A stretch of DNA of 64,000 nucleotides from Sarea resinae (lineage: Eukaryota): the NCBI GenBank assembly GCA_026026165.1, contig JAPEUD010000024.1, positions 186,001-250,000 on the forward strand, read 5' to 3'. Made by a program: the position numbers and the translations under genes. This document shows, piece after piece, positions 22,595-36,402 of this stretch. Each line of letters begins with the position of its first letter. The stretch's first letter is position 1. The notes under the pieces were generated by a model. That model was not told where the DNA came from and did not search any database. It saw only the letters and a program-made list of their open reading frames with translations.

Positions 22595-24401
22595 ATGGAT
22601 CCCAGCCGTGAAGATGCAGTCTGGAGACAAGCTCAAGAGCGATTGTCCGATCATGCGTGCACCAGCATCTTCAATGTTCCCGTCCTCCCTCCAGCTGCAG
22701 CTCTGGAGAAAGCCCAAAACTCTCTCAGGCCGCATCTACCAACAGAAGGCCTCGGCCTGGAAGACACCGTCAATCACTTATTTGACGACGTTGTTCCGGG
22801 TTTCAACGGCTCAAGCCTAACGCCGAACTATTATGGCTTTGTGACTGGAGGCGTTACTGCCGCGGCAGGCGTGGCAGACCGTCTTGTCAGCACGTACGAT
22901 CAGAACGTGCAAGTCCACCTACCCCATGAGACTATCTCTACAGTCGTCGAGGACAGGGCTCTGGTACTCTTACTTGAGCTGCTTGATCTGAAGTCAGAGG
23001 AGTGGCCCGGCCGTACGTTCACAACCGGAGCTACGGCAAGTAATGTGCTGGGACTAGCCTGCGGAAGAGAGCATGCGGTTGCGAAAGCTACGGCCAGGAG
23101 AGGCGAGGCCATCAGTATTGCCGAAGATGGACTCATTGAGGTTATGCTTCGCTCAGGTCTTCGACGCGTGCAGATTCTGACTACTGCCCCTCATTCGTCC
23201 TTGCGGAAAGCTGCGAGCGTAGTTGGACTTGGACGCGCCTCTGTTAAAGATGTCGGAAATGGGAGGCATGGTCTCAAGTTTGACTTTGGGCGCCTAGAAA
23301 GCGCTTTGTCGGATCCTCAGTCTGCTTCGATAGTTGTGATCTCGTGCGGCGAAGTCAATACAGGTCTCTTTGCGACAACATGCTATGAAGAATTCAAGCA
23401 TATTAGAGATCTTTGTGATGAATATGGAGCTTGGCTGCACGTCGACGGGGGTATGTCTATATCTTTCTTCGATGTCTTGTTCTTCAATGTCTCTTGCTGT
23501 CACTCCAGGCTCCTAATCTTGAACTTTATATCCTGTGATTGACTTGCTCTCTCCATGTGCATCAACATAAAATCCGAAAGGAAATGCCTCCCCAAAATTG
23601 ACTCAACATCCACTGACTTACTCGCGTCCTAGCATTTGGACTATTCGGCCGCCTCCTCCGCCCCAGCACCCCTTTCGCCGCCATCCACCAATGCTGCGCT
23701 GGCATGGAGCTCGCAGACTCGCTCACCGGAGACGCCCACAAGTTCCTAAACGTCGTGCGTATATTTGCCATCTTTTCACTGAGACCCCTTCCTCGACTAC
23801 CTATTCCCTCGATCTTCACTCCCACGATACATTCGACTAAACGCTAATGCATCGCCAGCCCTATGACTGCGGTTTCTTCCTCACCCGTCACGCGAGCGCT
23901 TTACCCACCACCTTCCAAAACCCCTCCGCCGCATACCTCGCCACCTCTAGCGCCTCCGCCATACCGTCGCCATTAAACACCGGCATCGAGAACTCGCGTC
24001 GTTTCCGCGCTCTCCCCGTCTATGCTACTCTCCTCTCCTACGGCATCTCTGGCTACCGCTCGCTGCTCGAAACACAAATCACGCTCGCTCGCAAAATCGC
24101 AGACTTCGTGCTTGGGCATGCGGGTTTTGAACTCCTGGCTTCACCGGCACCAGATACGCATAGGGAAGATGTGTTAGCAGATGTGTATATAATCGTTTTA
24201 TTCAGGGCGAAGGATGAAGGGCTTAATAATGAGTTAGTGGCCCGGATCAACGGGAGCAAGAAGATCTATGTTTCGGGTACGAAGTGGGAAGGACGGCCTG
24301 CGGCTAGGATTGCAGTAAGCCACTGTGGTGTTGAGGTTAGCAGGGATTTTGAGATCGTCAAAGGGGTGTTGGAGGGGGTGGTGACGGGCTGGAAAGAATG
24401 A
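22595..24401 (+). CDS. Group II PLP-dependent decarboxylase (aromatic amino acid decarboxylase-like); 3 exons
   Basis: PNYYGFVTGG, FTTGATASNVLGLA, AWLHVDG|AFG, DSLTGDAHKFLNV|PYDCG (PLP lysine), ENSRRFRALP. Confidence 0.92.
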
Positions 24402-24867
24402 GCATTCTTTACTTAGTATCGCTAAGACGCGTTTGATATTTTGAATCATTTTGGTGAAGTATATAATCTAGAATAGAGCATAACATCAACAATAGAATTG
24501 TTGAACACCACTCAGCTCCGCATTTTCTGCCTGAAAAGTGGTCGTCACCAGCCGATGGACGTTCGACGATAGATGACAGAAACTGAGACATTCGATGATA
24601 CACGGTCAAACTCCGTCACTATTTCAGGACTAGAGGTCAAGGGCGTTATCCTGCTATTATGGAGATGTTTGACGATAAATGTCTGGAAGCAAAATTGCCC
24701 GAGAGAGTGGCCCGAGACGGAGGTTAGGAACACAGGAGGTGCTATGAGAACAATGAATATTTCTGGCCCTTACAGCTGTATATAGTTTCTTTGAATATAG
24801 TCTCACTTTTAATGTTGGTCTCTATTTCTCGTCTCACTTCCCCCATGCTCTACTGAAGCCGCCTTTT

Positions 24868-27258
24868 CTACCTTCTCTTTGCCCCTGTTCCGCCAGCTTC
24901 GCCCCTTTGAGCAAGGCTAACCACTTCCCCAATACCTGCCTCTTCCTGCTCGTCCTCAAGCGCCCTAATTTCCTCCCTACAATCCCACCACTTCTCCTCT
25001 GCCCGCTCAAATGACTCTTTTCGGATCTCCTTTACCGATTTCATGTCCGCGCCGTCTCTAGTTTTGAGTAATTCGGCGAGATGGAGCTCTTGCCATTCTG
25101 TTGAGGTACGGGCAAAGAACTCGCGGAGGGTTTCAAAGGGGCGGGGGTGCGGCAGTGAGTCGTCTGTCGAATTGGACTGCTCTATGTCTGCATCGGCGGT
25201 GGATTCTTCGGCAATGGCGTCAGGCGTTTGTTCTGGTTTCGAGGAGACTCTGGGGCTCTCTGCGCCGAGGTCGCTTTGCTGATAGTCTGTGGAGGTGGCT
25301 TCAGTGATGGTATCAGCATCCTCCATCTCCTCATCTTCTTCGCCAGACTCGTTGTCATCTTCGTCTTCGTCACTTTCCTCGTCGTCACTGCCCTTCCAAT
25401 CCTCGAGTTCCTTCTTATAGATCTCCTTCACACCATCCAGTTTACCTAAATCGATTGCCCACATCTCGTCGAATGTATATTCCCGATCGCCCTTTTCGAA
25501 GGTCCCACCGAAGATGTAGAGGACATCGTCTTGCACCGCTAGCTGGGCATTGAATCGCGGGTGAGGCAAGTCCATAGTAATGACTTTCTCAGGCCTAGCC
25601 GGTACATCATCTTCGTCGCCTCCGGGAGCCTTGTCGATTTCCATATCGTCCGCATTGGCGATAGATCCCTTCGTCTCCAGCGCTGCCAAATTTCGAAGAA
25701 GTTCTTCTTCATCGGCCTTCCCTCGACCCCTTCTCCCTCCGCCTCTCTCATTTCCTTGCTGTTTCTTGGCCATTGTCCGCGGCTTCCGGAGCGTAAGTGG
25801 GAAATACCGATTTCTCTCAACATTCCAGGCAAATAGCGTGTTGAAGAATTCGCTGTCAATACCCTCTTCGCTTTCTTCAACGTCATGTACGCCTCCGAAT
25901 GAGATACCCCGGCCTTTGTGATAAGCCATTGTTGCGCCCGCACGGGGTGGATTGGGCGCGTTAGCGGGTTTCTTTCGGCGCTCCCAGCGGACTGTGGGCG
26001 GCGTATTCGCTGCTGCTTCCGAGGATGGCTGGGTAATGCGGAGGAACCAAGTGTCTTGATGTATGACGGGCTTGAGAATGGTGCGCAGGGCTTGACGTCC
26101 CCCTTTCAGTTGTTTGCCAGCCGTTGCAGTAGACTTGATACGTGAATATCCGCCGTAAATTACGGCGCCGCGCTCATGAGGAAGGAAGGTAAAAGAAGAG
26201 CGTGCATCGGGCTTCTGCGTAGCTGCGGGCAAGGCGACATTATGCCAGGTAAACCCTTGGCAGTCATAGAGCCAGAGATCGTTCAGATACTTCGTTGTTT
26301 GAGAGGTATCTTGGAAGCCGCCGAAGAGAAGAATATAATTCTAGCCAAGTTAGATCATAAATAGTCTCAATAGAAGGAAAGGCAATACCTTGAAGTACGT
26401 CATGCGATGACCACTGCGAGCTGGAGGGCCTTTGCCTTTGCTTTCGATCCGGGTCCATTCCCTGCTAGAGGGCTCTAGTCTCCAAAAGTCGTTGTAATGA
26501 TAGAACGTCCCTTGCTTAGGAGAAGAGAACTCTCCTATGTGAAGTGAGCTCGACTTCTGAAAGATCGTGCCAGGCTTTACTGAAAAACATACCACCGAAC
26601 AAGTAGATGCCTCCCGCGTTACCTCCTCTGCACCAGGCATGACCACTTCTAGGAAGAGGGGTGTTTGGACTTGTGACAAACCGCCATTCATCCCTATCGA
26701 TTAAATATACAAACAAGTCATTGAAAAATGTAGCCAGGGCACCGTTGAAGTATTCTCCGCCGAAGAGAAAAAGCTCGTTGCTATTTGAAGGTGATCCAAT
26801 CAGAGTACTTGAGGACCGAGGAGATGGCGGTTCACAGAGGCTTTCCGTAACTTTCAAAAATTGCTCTTGCTTTAGATGAAAATGAATTAGTGTTTTTTCT
26901 TGATTCGTTCGAAAGTCACGGTTTGCAATCATAAAGCATCAGCCAGATTTGCAGAACAAGGGAGGCATTCTTAGCCAGAGCCACAACAATCTAGGCTCCA
27001 CAGAGTAAGGCACAATCTCGGAATACCTCATTTCAATCGATTTCGAAAGTAAAGATGATTCAGGCTGGGCAGGGTGGTCTCTACCTGCTTAGCATATTCT
27101 GCTAGGACGGCATCAAGATCGATATCTTCCACGTCGCTGTCATCGTTCTGTGGGCCTTTTGTCTTCGCTTTCTTCTCTTTCTGTGCGGCCTTCTTCGTCT
27201 GTTTGTCTGCCACACGAGCCTTCTTCTCGGCCGACTTTTTCTTATCCTTTTTAGCCAT
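24868..27258 (-). CDS. kel3: Kelch-repeat protein Kel3/KLHDC4-like
   Basis: Lys-rich N-terminus, LFLFGGEYFNG, PLPRSGHAW, PPARSGHRM kelch repeats, acidic stretch, C-terminal PHPRPFETLREFFART...AEEKWWDCREEI. Confidence 0.9.
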
Positions 27259-27657
27259 TGAATCTCAATAAAACCTAGAATGGATGTGCACGAGCCAAAA
27301 TGAATATGAAACCCTTGGCTCCTATCAGACTCGTTCAAATCGACAGAACCGTCTTTGATGGTGCTTTTGAAAATTGAGAAGAGCAGATGAATATGGAAGC
27401 CTTCCGTGCACAGGGTGCTTATCTGCGACAATTCTTCACATTCGAACCAGGTGCGCATATAAAACCGTTCTCACCTCTCAAGGATCTTCAGAAACTGATG
27501 ATGCTAAGCGAAACCTCCCCGCAATATCAAACCCCACCACAAAGGTGACAACACCACGAGCATGTTCGCTTGATACATCAAGACCCGTAGCCAATAATTC
27601 GAATAAGACACGTCGGCAGAGTCGACTATTGTTAGGGTCGTGGTATCATCATCTACA

Positions 27658-29656
27658 ATGACCGTAGCTAAATTGATAGAGCGTTATGGGCCGTATCGTC
27701 TTCCAGGTAATCCAATCGGCAGACACAATTATGGTTATAGCTCAGCTTCTTAACGCTCTCCAGGCAAATTGAGCATATCGGAATTATTCTTTACCGTTCC
27801 CAAAGATTACTCGAAGCCTGGGGATGGGGCTCTTCGCGTTTTCGCAAGAAGCCTCAAGCGCGCGGAAAACCCATTAGAGGTTGAGGAGAAAAAGCAGCAG
27901 CAGCCGTGGCGTTTGTACTCCTTCTCGATGTCTCTGTACCCCATATACTGATCAATGGCAAAAGTCGTATACTTGCAAGGTCTTTTCATACTTACTCCAA
28001 TCTATCAAATTCCTGGTAACTCACGAAATATCTAGGTGGCCCTGGCTTCGAGTGTCGTTCTCCCCAGAGCGCTGCCTGGGTCAATGCCGCACTAGACAAA
28101 GGATACCAGGTCTGCAGCCTTTGTTAACCAAATGCGGTGTCTAATCGGAACTTCAGATGCTGTTTATGGATCAGCGTGGTACTGGCCTCAGCAGCGCGAT
28201 ATCGGCTGCCACGCTTGCACGGCAAGGCGGTCCAAATGAACAGGCTGAATATCTAAAGCTTTTCCGAGCAGATAATATTGGTATGTAACTTGAGATAATG
28301 GCGTTGTCTGCTATGCTAAAACTTTCATTGCTGGAAAGTTCGGGACTGTGAAGCCATTCGAAAGGAGCTCACAAAAGAATACCCTGAAGAGAAGCAGAAA
28401 TGGAGCATCATTGGCCAGAGCTTCGGAGGTTTCTGTGCAGTGACTTATTTATCCAAATTGTACGTAGTGACAAAGGGAGCTATGTTTCTGAGACAGATAT
28501 ACTGACAAGCACAGCCCGGAGGGCTTGAAAGAGGGTGAGTCATGCCATTTTTGACTCTACAGTCTGCTGATATGTTGTGGGCAATAAGCCTTCACGATGG
28601 GGGGCCTTGCACCTTTGGTACGAAACCCCGATGAAGTGTATAGAAAGTTATATAGTAAGCTCCCTCTGACCGCGATGCAAGCGCATGCTAAAAAGCCCAT
28701 AGAGAGGGTCTCGAGCCGTAATAGGGACTACTATCGAAGATTCCCGGAGGATGTCGATCGGGTGAGATCATTAGTCAAATTCATTGCTGCAGAGACTCCG
28801 GACCTTCCTGCAGGGGGAAAACTCTCTGTGGAGAGATTCCAGGCTTTGGGCTTGTCTTTCGGTGCCCATGGTAAGTTTACAGGTCCGACAACATAAGAAG
28901 TCACAGCTAATGCCTGGAAGGCGGGGCGGACGCCGTACACGGTAAGATTCAGCCCGGAGCTATAATGCAACAATCTAAAACCATGTTCAGAGATCGTCTT
29001 CCGTGCCTACAACGAGTACACACAGCTTGGGTTCCTCACTACTTCTACACTTTCAAGCATCGAGGGATCACTTCACTTCGATTCGAATTTGCTGTACGCA
29101 GTATTGCATGAGCCTATCTATTGCCAGGGGTATATCAACCTTTTTGGGCCCCTGAGACGAACTCAGGCTGCTTTACTGACTTTGAGGTCAGGATGGCGCC
29201 GAACTGGTCGGCCGAGCGTGTGAAAAAGGAGCTTCCGCAGTTCAACTGGCAGAGTGCAATGGCTAGCAAAGATCCCGTCTTTTTCACAGGAGAAATGGTA
29301 TGTCACCTTGTGTCCGAGAGACGCCCTTAGTTGATGCCTATCAGATCTATCCCTGGATGTTCGAAAGTTTCCCGGAGCTACGGAAGCTCAAGGAGACAGC
29401 TTCCATAGTGGCAAGCTTCGAAGACTGGCCTGAGCTCTACGACGAAGAACAGCTCGCCAAGAACAACGTGCCAGTCTACTCTGCAACCTACGTCGACGAT
29501 ATGTTTGTCGATTTCGAGTTTGCGCAGGAGACAGCCTCGAAAATCAAAGGCTGCAAGCAGTTCATAACGAACATGATGTATCATGATGCGATCCGAAGTA
29601 AGGCGGACGAGGTCATGAAGCAACTCTTTACCTTGCGAGACGACGTGATAGATTAG
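27658..29656 (+). CDS. Proline iminopeptidase (alpha/beta hydrolase), about 13 exons
   Basis: VYLQ|GGPG, DQRGTGLS, FRADNI|VRDCEAIR, GQSFGGF nucleophile motif, LYAVLHEPIYCQG, YVDDMFVDF, HDAIR; 12 GT..AG introns restore the frame. Confidence 0.92.
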
Positions 29657-30084
29657 GGTTAGGCGGAGGCTTGCAGGCATGATCTGGATTTACGAAAGCG
29701 ATGTGTGAACAAAATGTAAACAACAAGCAATCCTGTGTCTTGAATCTACCTTACCTTTCGTAAATCAAGGTACTACTACCTGAGGTGGTGGCTAGCATCG
29801 GGTTGGTGACGATAAGGCAGGAATGGCGTTTTTGGAGCTCCCTATTGCTAAGTTGCGGACTCGGTAGTCACCGGATGGCGTATTCTCTTGGCGAACGAAC
29901 CCCAAGCTTCAGGGCTACCAGAAGCTCGAACGCAGGAATCCCGTCTTTTGGAAAACATCCGTGGACGTCAACCGATTGCAATTGCACTAGAAAATATCTC
30001 TTTGACTGCACATGCCTCTTTGCTGCATCGAGATCTACCAAATGCACCACCAATGACTGTCAGCCGCTCTCGCCGCCTTGTTCT

Positions 30085-32391
30085 ATGTTGCCCCAGTCTT
30101 CTGCCTGCCGCAGAGCAGTGCAACGGTATCTTCCCCAACCCAGCGATCACGTCTGGATCAGCGATGATCTATTAGCGGACTCGTTTCTCCGATATGTTAC
30201 TCTACGCTTTCCAGGTGCGAAAAGATATGGCAGCTCTGTCCCAGGGCCATTGGAGGCCCGCCGGAGGCTTGCCAAACGACGCATGATGAATATGGCTGTA
30301 GCCGGCGATGCGCCATCAATGGGCGATTTCGGCGCAATACTAGGCTTTGGCGGACCTCCAAGGGATGTCGAATGGAAGTGGAGAGCCCCTTCAATACCAC
30401 CGCCTTTCCCACAAGTACAACCATCAGACAATGGTACGTATAACGTTTATTCCAATGGCACATAGTTCTCTTCTGATTGTGCAACAGTTCCACCAGCCCT
30501 ACCTTCATGGCTCACCGACTACGTTCCGACTACGGATGTGCCCCCTTCCTTACCGCTCGAGAATACAATCCGAGGCTTGGACTCAGCTTTGAGAAAGGCA
30601 AAAGGCCTTCATCTACCGAAACCCTTATTGGACTTTCAGGCAAGGGTATCCCGCACAACAGACTTAGATGGTATAAGGAGCATCATTGCAGAGACGGGCC
30701 TCGACTTAAGAAGACGGCCAGAGTACAGCAGAGTGTGTTTCGATCACTTGCTTGAACAAGGGAAGAGCTTGGACGTTCTTGCGGACTTTCTCAGCGACGC
30801 TGGACTCAATAATGCCGAAGCTCATAATCTCAAGAACCTGATCGTCCGTTCTGGACGTCACGATCTGACGTCGGTCGAGATGGAATCTCTTTCAAAGATC
30901 GTCAAGCAAGCGTTGATTAGGGGTACGGTTTGCGATCCAGAGATCAGAGCTCTTCTCAAGTATTTCCCGGCAGCGGTGGGAGGGGTCGTAGGACCAGAAC
31001 AAACCCAGCATCTTAAGACATACGGTCTTCAGGTGGTTTGGGAGGGGTTGAAGTCATGCCCGGTGCTAGCACCTTCTGACTTGGAGGTGGACACGCTTGA
31101 ATTGTTCCTCTTCCAACTTTCGCAACAACCATTTTCAGATATGGTCCGCACTATAGGTATAGAGATCATTACATCTGCGTCGAATACGCAACTTCAGATG
31201 ATGGGGGATGGCCTTTCTTCGTTCATCGTCAGCTGGGTCCACGGTTGGCGGGATCAGGAGGCGGTTGCCAAGGACGACGCACCGACTCCCGTGTTGATTC
31301 CACATTTACACGAAATGCTGACTTTACTGCCGGATGGCTTGGCTCAATCAACATGCACAGCCACAACGGAAAAGCTAGTCGAGCAGATGCGGAACGCCGG
31401 CTGGACGAAACTGCCCAGGAGATTGCTGTGTCCTTGGATGGCTACAGTGAAACGCTCTATGTCAACCCACGCCTTACAAAAGCCCGAGGACCCGTGGAAA
31501 GTCATTGAAAACTTTCTCCCGCAACACAGGCAGTACCAATTGGCAGCTGCATATCTGCATGAAACGTTCGATGTGGAGATAGGCGAATTCATAATCCGAC
31601 ACTGGGTACCAGAGGATAAAGCTTCTGTTGCCAAGGTGTTCCGGACACTATGCGAAGAGAGCGACGAAGACAAAGCCTTTGCCAACATCGCTCTATCCTT
31701 GCGTGAATGTGGGAAACCAACCGAAGAGGTTATGCGCGACACCTTTCGGCTTTTGAGATTCTTAGGGCGACCTGAAGCCATTGTGCGGACTACGAGATGC
31801 CTGGTGAAAGACGGAATCACAATTACTCCCAGACTTCTCGCGATAGAGATTCAACACCTGTCTAACACGAGTCCGGCGTTAGCACTGCAATTGTTTCTTT
31901 GCCATTCGGGACTTCGCCTCGAAGGCTGCAAAGAGCTTGTGTTCTCCTTGATAAATGACCCAGGATCCAACACACCGACAACGTTTCGGCTTCTGCGACG
32001 CCAGGAAATGTTGACAAAGAAAGCAAAGACTGCTAGCAGCTGTCTTTCGGTCTCAGAAATAGCCCTTGTGCACGAAATGGCCCTCGCTTTCGCTTACGCT
32101 CCACATCTCACCCCGCGGATGGCTCTTCGCCAAAGCTCTAAGTGCTACTGGTACCTTCAACGCCACCGAGCCCCCATCGGTTGCGACATATCGCAAGCTT
32201 TGACCCATGCTGGCATCACAAGAGCATTAAAGAGCGGATACAAGGTTGGCTGGGAGAAGATTAATTTCATTTTGGATCTGGTGAGAGAGCTTGAGGGCGA
32301 CGAGGTCGCTGACGAGCTTGATCAAGCGGTGTATCATTGGCGAGGAAGAGCGATCTCGGAGTCGATGGAGGAGAGGCGACGGTATAGATAG
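30085..32391 (+). CDS. Conserved fungal hypothetical protein, possibly mitochondrial; 2 exons
   Basis: Arg/Ser-rich N-terminus; HVWISDDLL and RYGSSVPGPLEARRRLAKRR; intron ~30434-30487 joins a 617-aa helical ORF. Confidence 0.75.
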
Positions 32392-34989
32392 GCGTCCCAT
32401 TTTGGGCCAGGAAGGACCCTGGCCTGATCCTGAATCTTCTACGAGGGGGCGAGTGGGAGCGAATCTGATCTCTTCGGATGCATCATTCCCGGATCATACC
32501 TCTGTCCCATGGCCATGGCAGACAAGGCAACGATATCCATACTCTCGAATGGGACGCCCCAGATGCAAACGTATCATGCCCGCAGATGATGCTTCAGTGT
32601 TGCCGGGGCCGGCCGCCATGTCCGCCTGAACGTACTTCGTATTGTACCTTAGCCATACTGCAGTAGAGTAAAAACCACTCATATCTAATCTCGGCCTCGG
32701 TCAGATCGTCCATCATCTCCGTGTGGTCCTGCACGCTCCCGGATAGGCCGAACAGAGATTTTCGCAATGGCCAGGTAGAGTAGGAGGCGGCAAATACTTC
32801 AGTACTCTAGACTAGTCGCGTCGCGGCGGCTCTCATGGGGCTCTTTGCATGGCTGTTCTTAGTATGCAATAGAGGACGCACGTCGGAGCGCTTGGCTTGG
32901 GGTCGAGTGGGGAATGCCGACGGGGGGGTGCCTGGACGGCCTGGCGGACCTCGTTCCGGGTAGGCTAGTGCAGGGAAGGAAGTGGAAGAAGCAAAAAACG
33001 TCGAGGATCCGTGGTTCACTGCCACCTTCCTTGCCACCTCTGTAGAATACTCTCTTGTGCATCTGAATGAATACTGTATTGATTCCAGTTCGGGTTTCTT
33101 ACCAGCCGCAGGCAAAGTTTCGGGAAAGGCTATTAGAGTAGTTCGTACGACTACGGAGTAGATGGAAACAAGCATATGAGCATGCATGAACGTTCCTGTG
33201 CGACGTCGATGGCGTTGCTTGAGTCAGGGAGCCGATCGCTTCTGTGTCCGTCTTGACATCTACGAAGAGAGTCGTGGAGGCATCATTCCGTGCTCAAACC
33301 TCCTCACATCTGCAGGGCTCCCTCCGAGCACGGTCTTAGCGGCCGGGCGATCCATGATCCAATGCGACGCGAGACGATGCGAAGAGCGGAAAGCCCAAAG
33401 GAGGGTGCAATTTCTCGGTGGCGGCCAGGATGGAAGATGGCAGATGGCCGATGGGAGATTGTCAGGGAGGGGGGTGCTGGGGGCGAAGGAGACATGATCG
33501 GATGGCGAGGCTGGAGATGGTGAAGCTAGAAGACACGAATACACTGTACGGCGTAGAATACGGAGTCGAGTAGAGCCAAGAGTCAATCACCAAATTGCTT
33601 TTGACTGCTGCATGGCTTTCTCTTCCGGCATGTACGGCGTCAGGCGTTGAAAGCGCGGCAGATGCGAAAGGTGCACGAGGAGGGTTCCCTCTCCGGGAGT
33701 CATTTGGATGGCATTTACTCCGTACCTTCCATAGTATCGGGCTACCTGACTACGGTCTTAGGTCAGGAACAGGGCGGCTAGGAAGTTCAATCAGGGAGCC
33801 ACCAGGGGAGAAGGAGCAAAAGATATGAAGTACTTGTCGTACCGTGCGGCATTACGTATGAAGGGCGGTACCTAAGCTTGCTTCCACGCTTCGAAGGTCT
33901 CCACCACGCGTCTTCATCCCTGAAGTGATAGGATACTACAGGTCATGGAACTCCTTCAATTGATTCTTCTCTCTTCATGCCTTCCCCACGCCCCGACATG
34001 GGCATTCGAGGAATGGGCGGCATGGGCAGCGGGAATCAGGGATTGATATTGTCCAACCCACTACCGAGCCACGCACCACGCAGCACCGACCCAATGCCGA
34101 AGACGACTGGAATGAATATCCCTGGTAAGTCCGTCCGTCGTCTTTTCCGCGCTCTGCCTTCTCCGCTGTCCATCACCCGCCCACTCCTCTTCCCTCATCC
34201 CTCCAGCACATCCTATTCGCCTTGACTAAGCCATCCCTGCTCCTCCCGCCGCTGTCATGCGTCCCGCTACGACTAGAGCTTTCCGCTTTCCTCACGGCTC
34301 TTCTTACAGTACCTGCTCCAGTAGTACACAGTAATGCCCCTACATAACGGAGGAGTACTCTAATGCCCCTAATGCTCCTCTAACGCTCAGCTACCGCTCA
34401 TCGGATCCTCGCCGGCTCCTCGGGCTCTCGGCAGCCTCTCTCGCTTCCGCCCGTGTGAGCGTTTCAACATTCGACGACGCTTCCCTTCTTTGTCTCTAGC
34501 TTCTTCCTGACGAATTCGGCGGATCGCGCCCATGACGTGAAACCCGTACGTTTCTCTCTGTTCGTGTGTGACTGCGACTCGACCAAGCCGGGCTTGGCTG
34601 GCCTGCCCGCCGGAGCCATGGACGGCTTCTGCTAAGCTAGAGAGCGCGCATGTCTGAGAATTATTTCACGGCCTCCCCACATTTATGATCGGTCCCGCAT
34701 CAAGCGTAATAGCTTCCTTTGCCGTGGAATGGGGGGGAAGGGAAGGGGGGCTCCTCATCCATGGAACCACCTTGCGCCCTCTTCGTGTCCCTCTCCGGAT
34801 GGACCTCGGACTACATACCTTGGAATCCATCCTTTTCCCCATCTGCTTGTCCTGCCCCTCCTATGCCTTTCTAAAGGCAGTGGGTGCCGCTCCTGTCTGT
34901 CTGTCTTGACCTCTCTCTGTCTGTGCCGTATCCTGATCTGTCAGGAGATCTCTTGTCATCCCACCTGAGCCCGCCCACCCGTCCTCGCC

Positions 34990-36402
34990 ATGCCAGAATA
35001 CGTAGCACCTACGAAGCCCTTTGACATTGCCATTGTCGGCGGAGGCATTGGCGGCCTGGCCTTTGCCGTCGGCCTCCTCCACCAGGGCGTTCCCGTCAAG
35101 GTCTATGAATCCACCAAGGCGTTCATGGAGGTCGGCGCCGGGCTGGGCCTGTCGCCCAACTCCCAGCGGGCCATGAAACTCATCGATCCCGCCATCTACG
35201 AGGGCTTCCTCCGCCGTCGAAGTATCAACGGCTGGGACTCCAAGAAGGAAGTCTGGTTTGACTTCCGCCATGGCATGCATCCGCGCGCGGGAGAATTGAT
35301 CCACACCGTCAAGCGTCGCGGCTCCGTCGGCCACAGCACCTGTCATCGTGCGCACTTCCTCGACGAGCTCGCCCATCTCATTCCAGCCGAGGTCGCACAT
35401 TTTGGGAAGCGCTTGGCAGACCTCGAGGAGAAAGAGGACCGGGTGGTGATGACGTTCCGGGATGGTACGACGGCGGAAGCAAGCGCCGTCGTCTGCTGCG
35501 ATGGCGTCAAGTCCCGCGGGCGCCAAATTCTGTTCGGCGAGAAGAACCCCATCTCGTATGCGCAATTCACGGGCAAGTACGCCTACAGAGGCCTCATTCC
35601 CATGGACCAAGCGGTGGATCTACTGGGCGACGAGCTCGCGCGGAACGGCCAAATGTACCTCGGCGAGCACGGCCACCTCCTGACCTTTCCGATCCAGGAA
35701 GGCCAAAAGATGAACGTGGTAGCGTTCCGCTCGAAAGCCAACGGCAAGTGGAAATCCGAGCAATGGGTCCTGCCCATGCAGAAAGAAGACATGTACACGG
35801 ATTTCGAGGGCTGGGGCCCCACGGTCCAGAAGATCATCAGCCTGATGCAGAAGCCGGACATCTGGGCCCTGTTCGACCACGCCTCGGTGCCGACGTATTA
35901 TAGAGGCCGCATCTGTCTCCTGGGCGACGCCGCGCATGCCACGACGCCCCACCAGGGTGCCGGGGCGGGCATGGCCATCGAGGACGCGTTTCTCCTGTCC
36001 AATCTTCTGGGCTCCATCGACAGCGCGGCGGAACTCGAAGACGCCTTTCGCGCGTACGACGCCGTCCGCCGTCCGCGCACGCAGAAACTGGTCGAGTCGT
36101 CGCGCGAGGCCGGCCGGATGTACGAGTTCGAGCTCGAGGACGTATGGGACGACATCGAGAAGATCAAGGGCCAGCTGGACGAGCGCATGTGGTGGATCTG
36201 GGACCACGATCTCGAGAAGGATCTGGAAGACGCCAAGAAGATCATGCGAGCGGGGCCGGCGGCCTCGGGGACAGGCGGCGACGAGAGCACCGAGAGTAGT
36301 GAGAGCGACGAGACCCAGGCGACGGAAGACGAGGACGAGGATGTCTTGCTGGATCTGGATGAAGTCGTCAAGATGGAGAAGCTGGAGATTATCGAGGAAT
36401 AG
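34990..36402 (+). CDS. FAD-dependent monooxygenase (salicylate hydroxylase-like)
   Basis: IAIVGGGIGG, EVGAGL, HRAHFL, CDGVKS, LLGDAAHATTPHQGAGAGMAIED; intronless. Confidence 0.93.
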   Translation: MPEYVAPTKPFDIAIVGGGIGGLAFAVGLLHQGVPVKVYESTKAFMEVGAGLGLSPNSQRAMKLIDPAIYEGFLRRRSINGWDSKKEVWFDFRHGMHPRAGELIHTVKRRGSVGHSTCHRAHFLDELAHLIPAEVAHFGKRLADLEEKEDRVVMTFRDGTTAEASAVVCCDGVKSRGRQILFGEKNPISYAQFTGKYAYRGLIPMDQAVDLLGDELARNGQMYLGEHGHLLTFPIQEGQKMNVVAFRSKANGKWKSEQWVLPMQKEDMYTDFEGWGPTVQKIISLMQKPDIWALFDHASVPTYYRGRICLLGDAAHATTPHQGAGAGMAIEDAFLLSNLLGSIDSAAELEDAFRAYDAVRRPRTQKLVESSREAGRMYEFELEDVWDDIEKIKGQLDERMWWIWDHDLEKDLEDAKKIMRAGPAASGTGGDESTESSESDETQATEDEDEDVLLDLDEVVKMEKLEIIEE

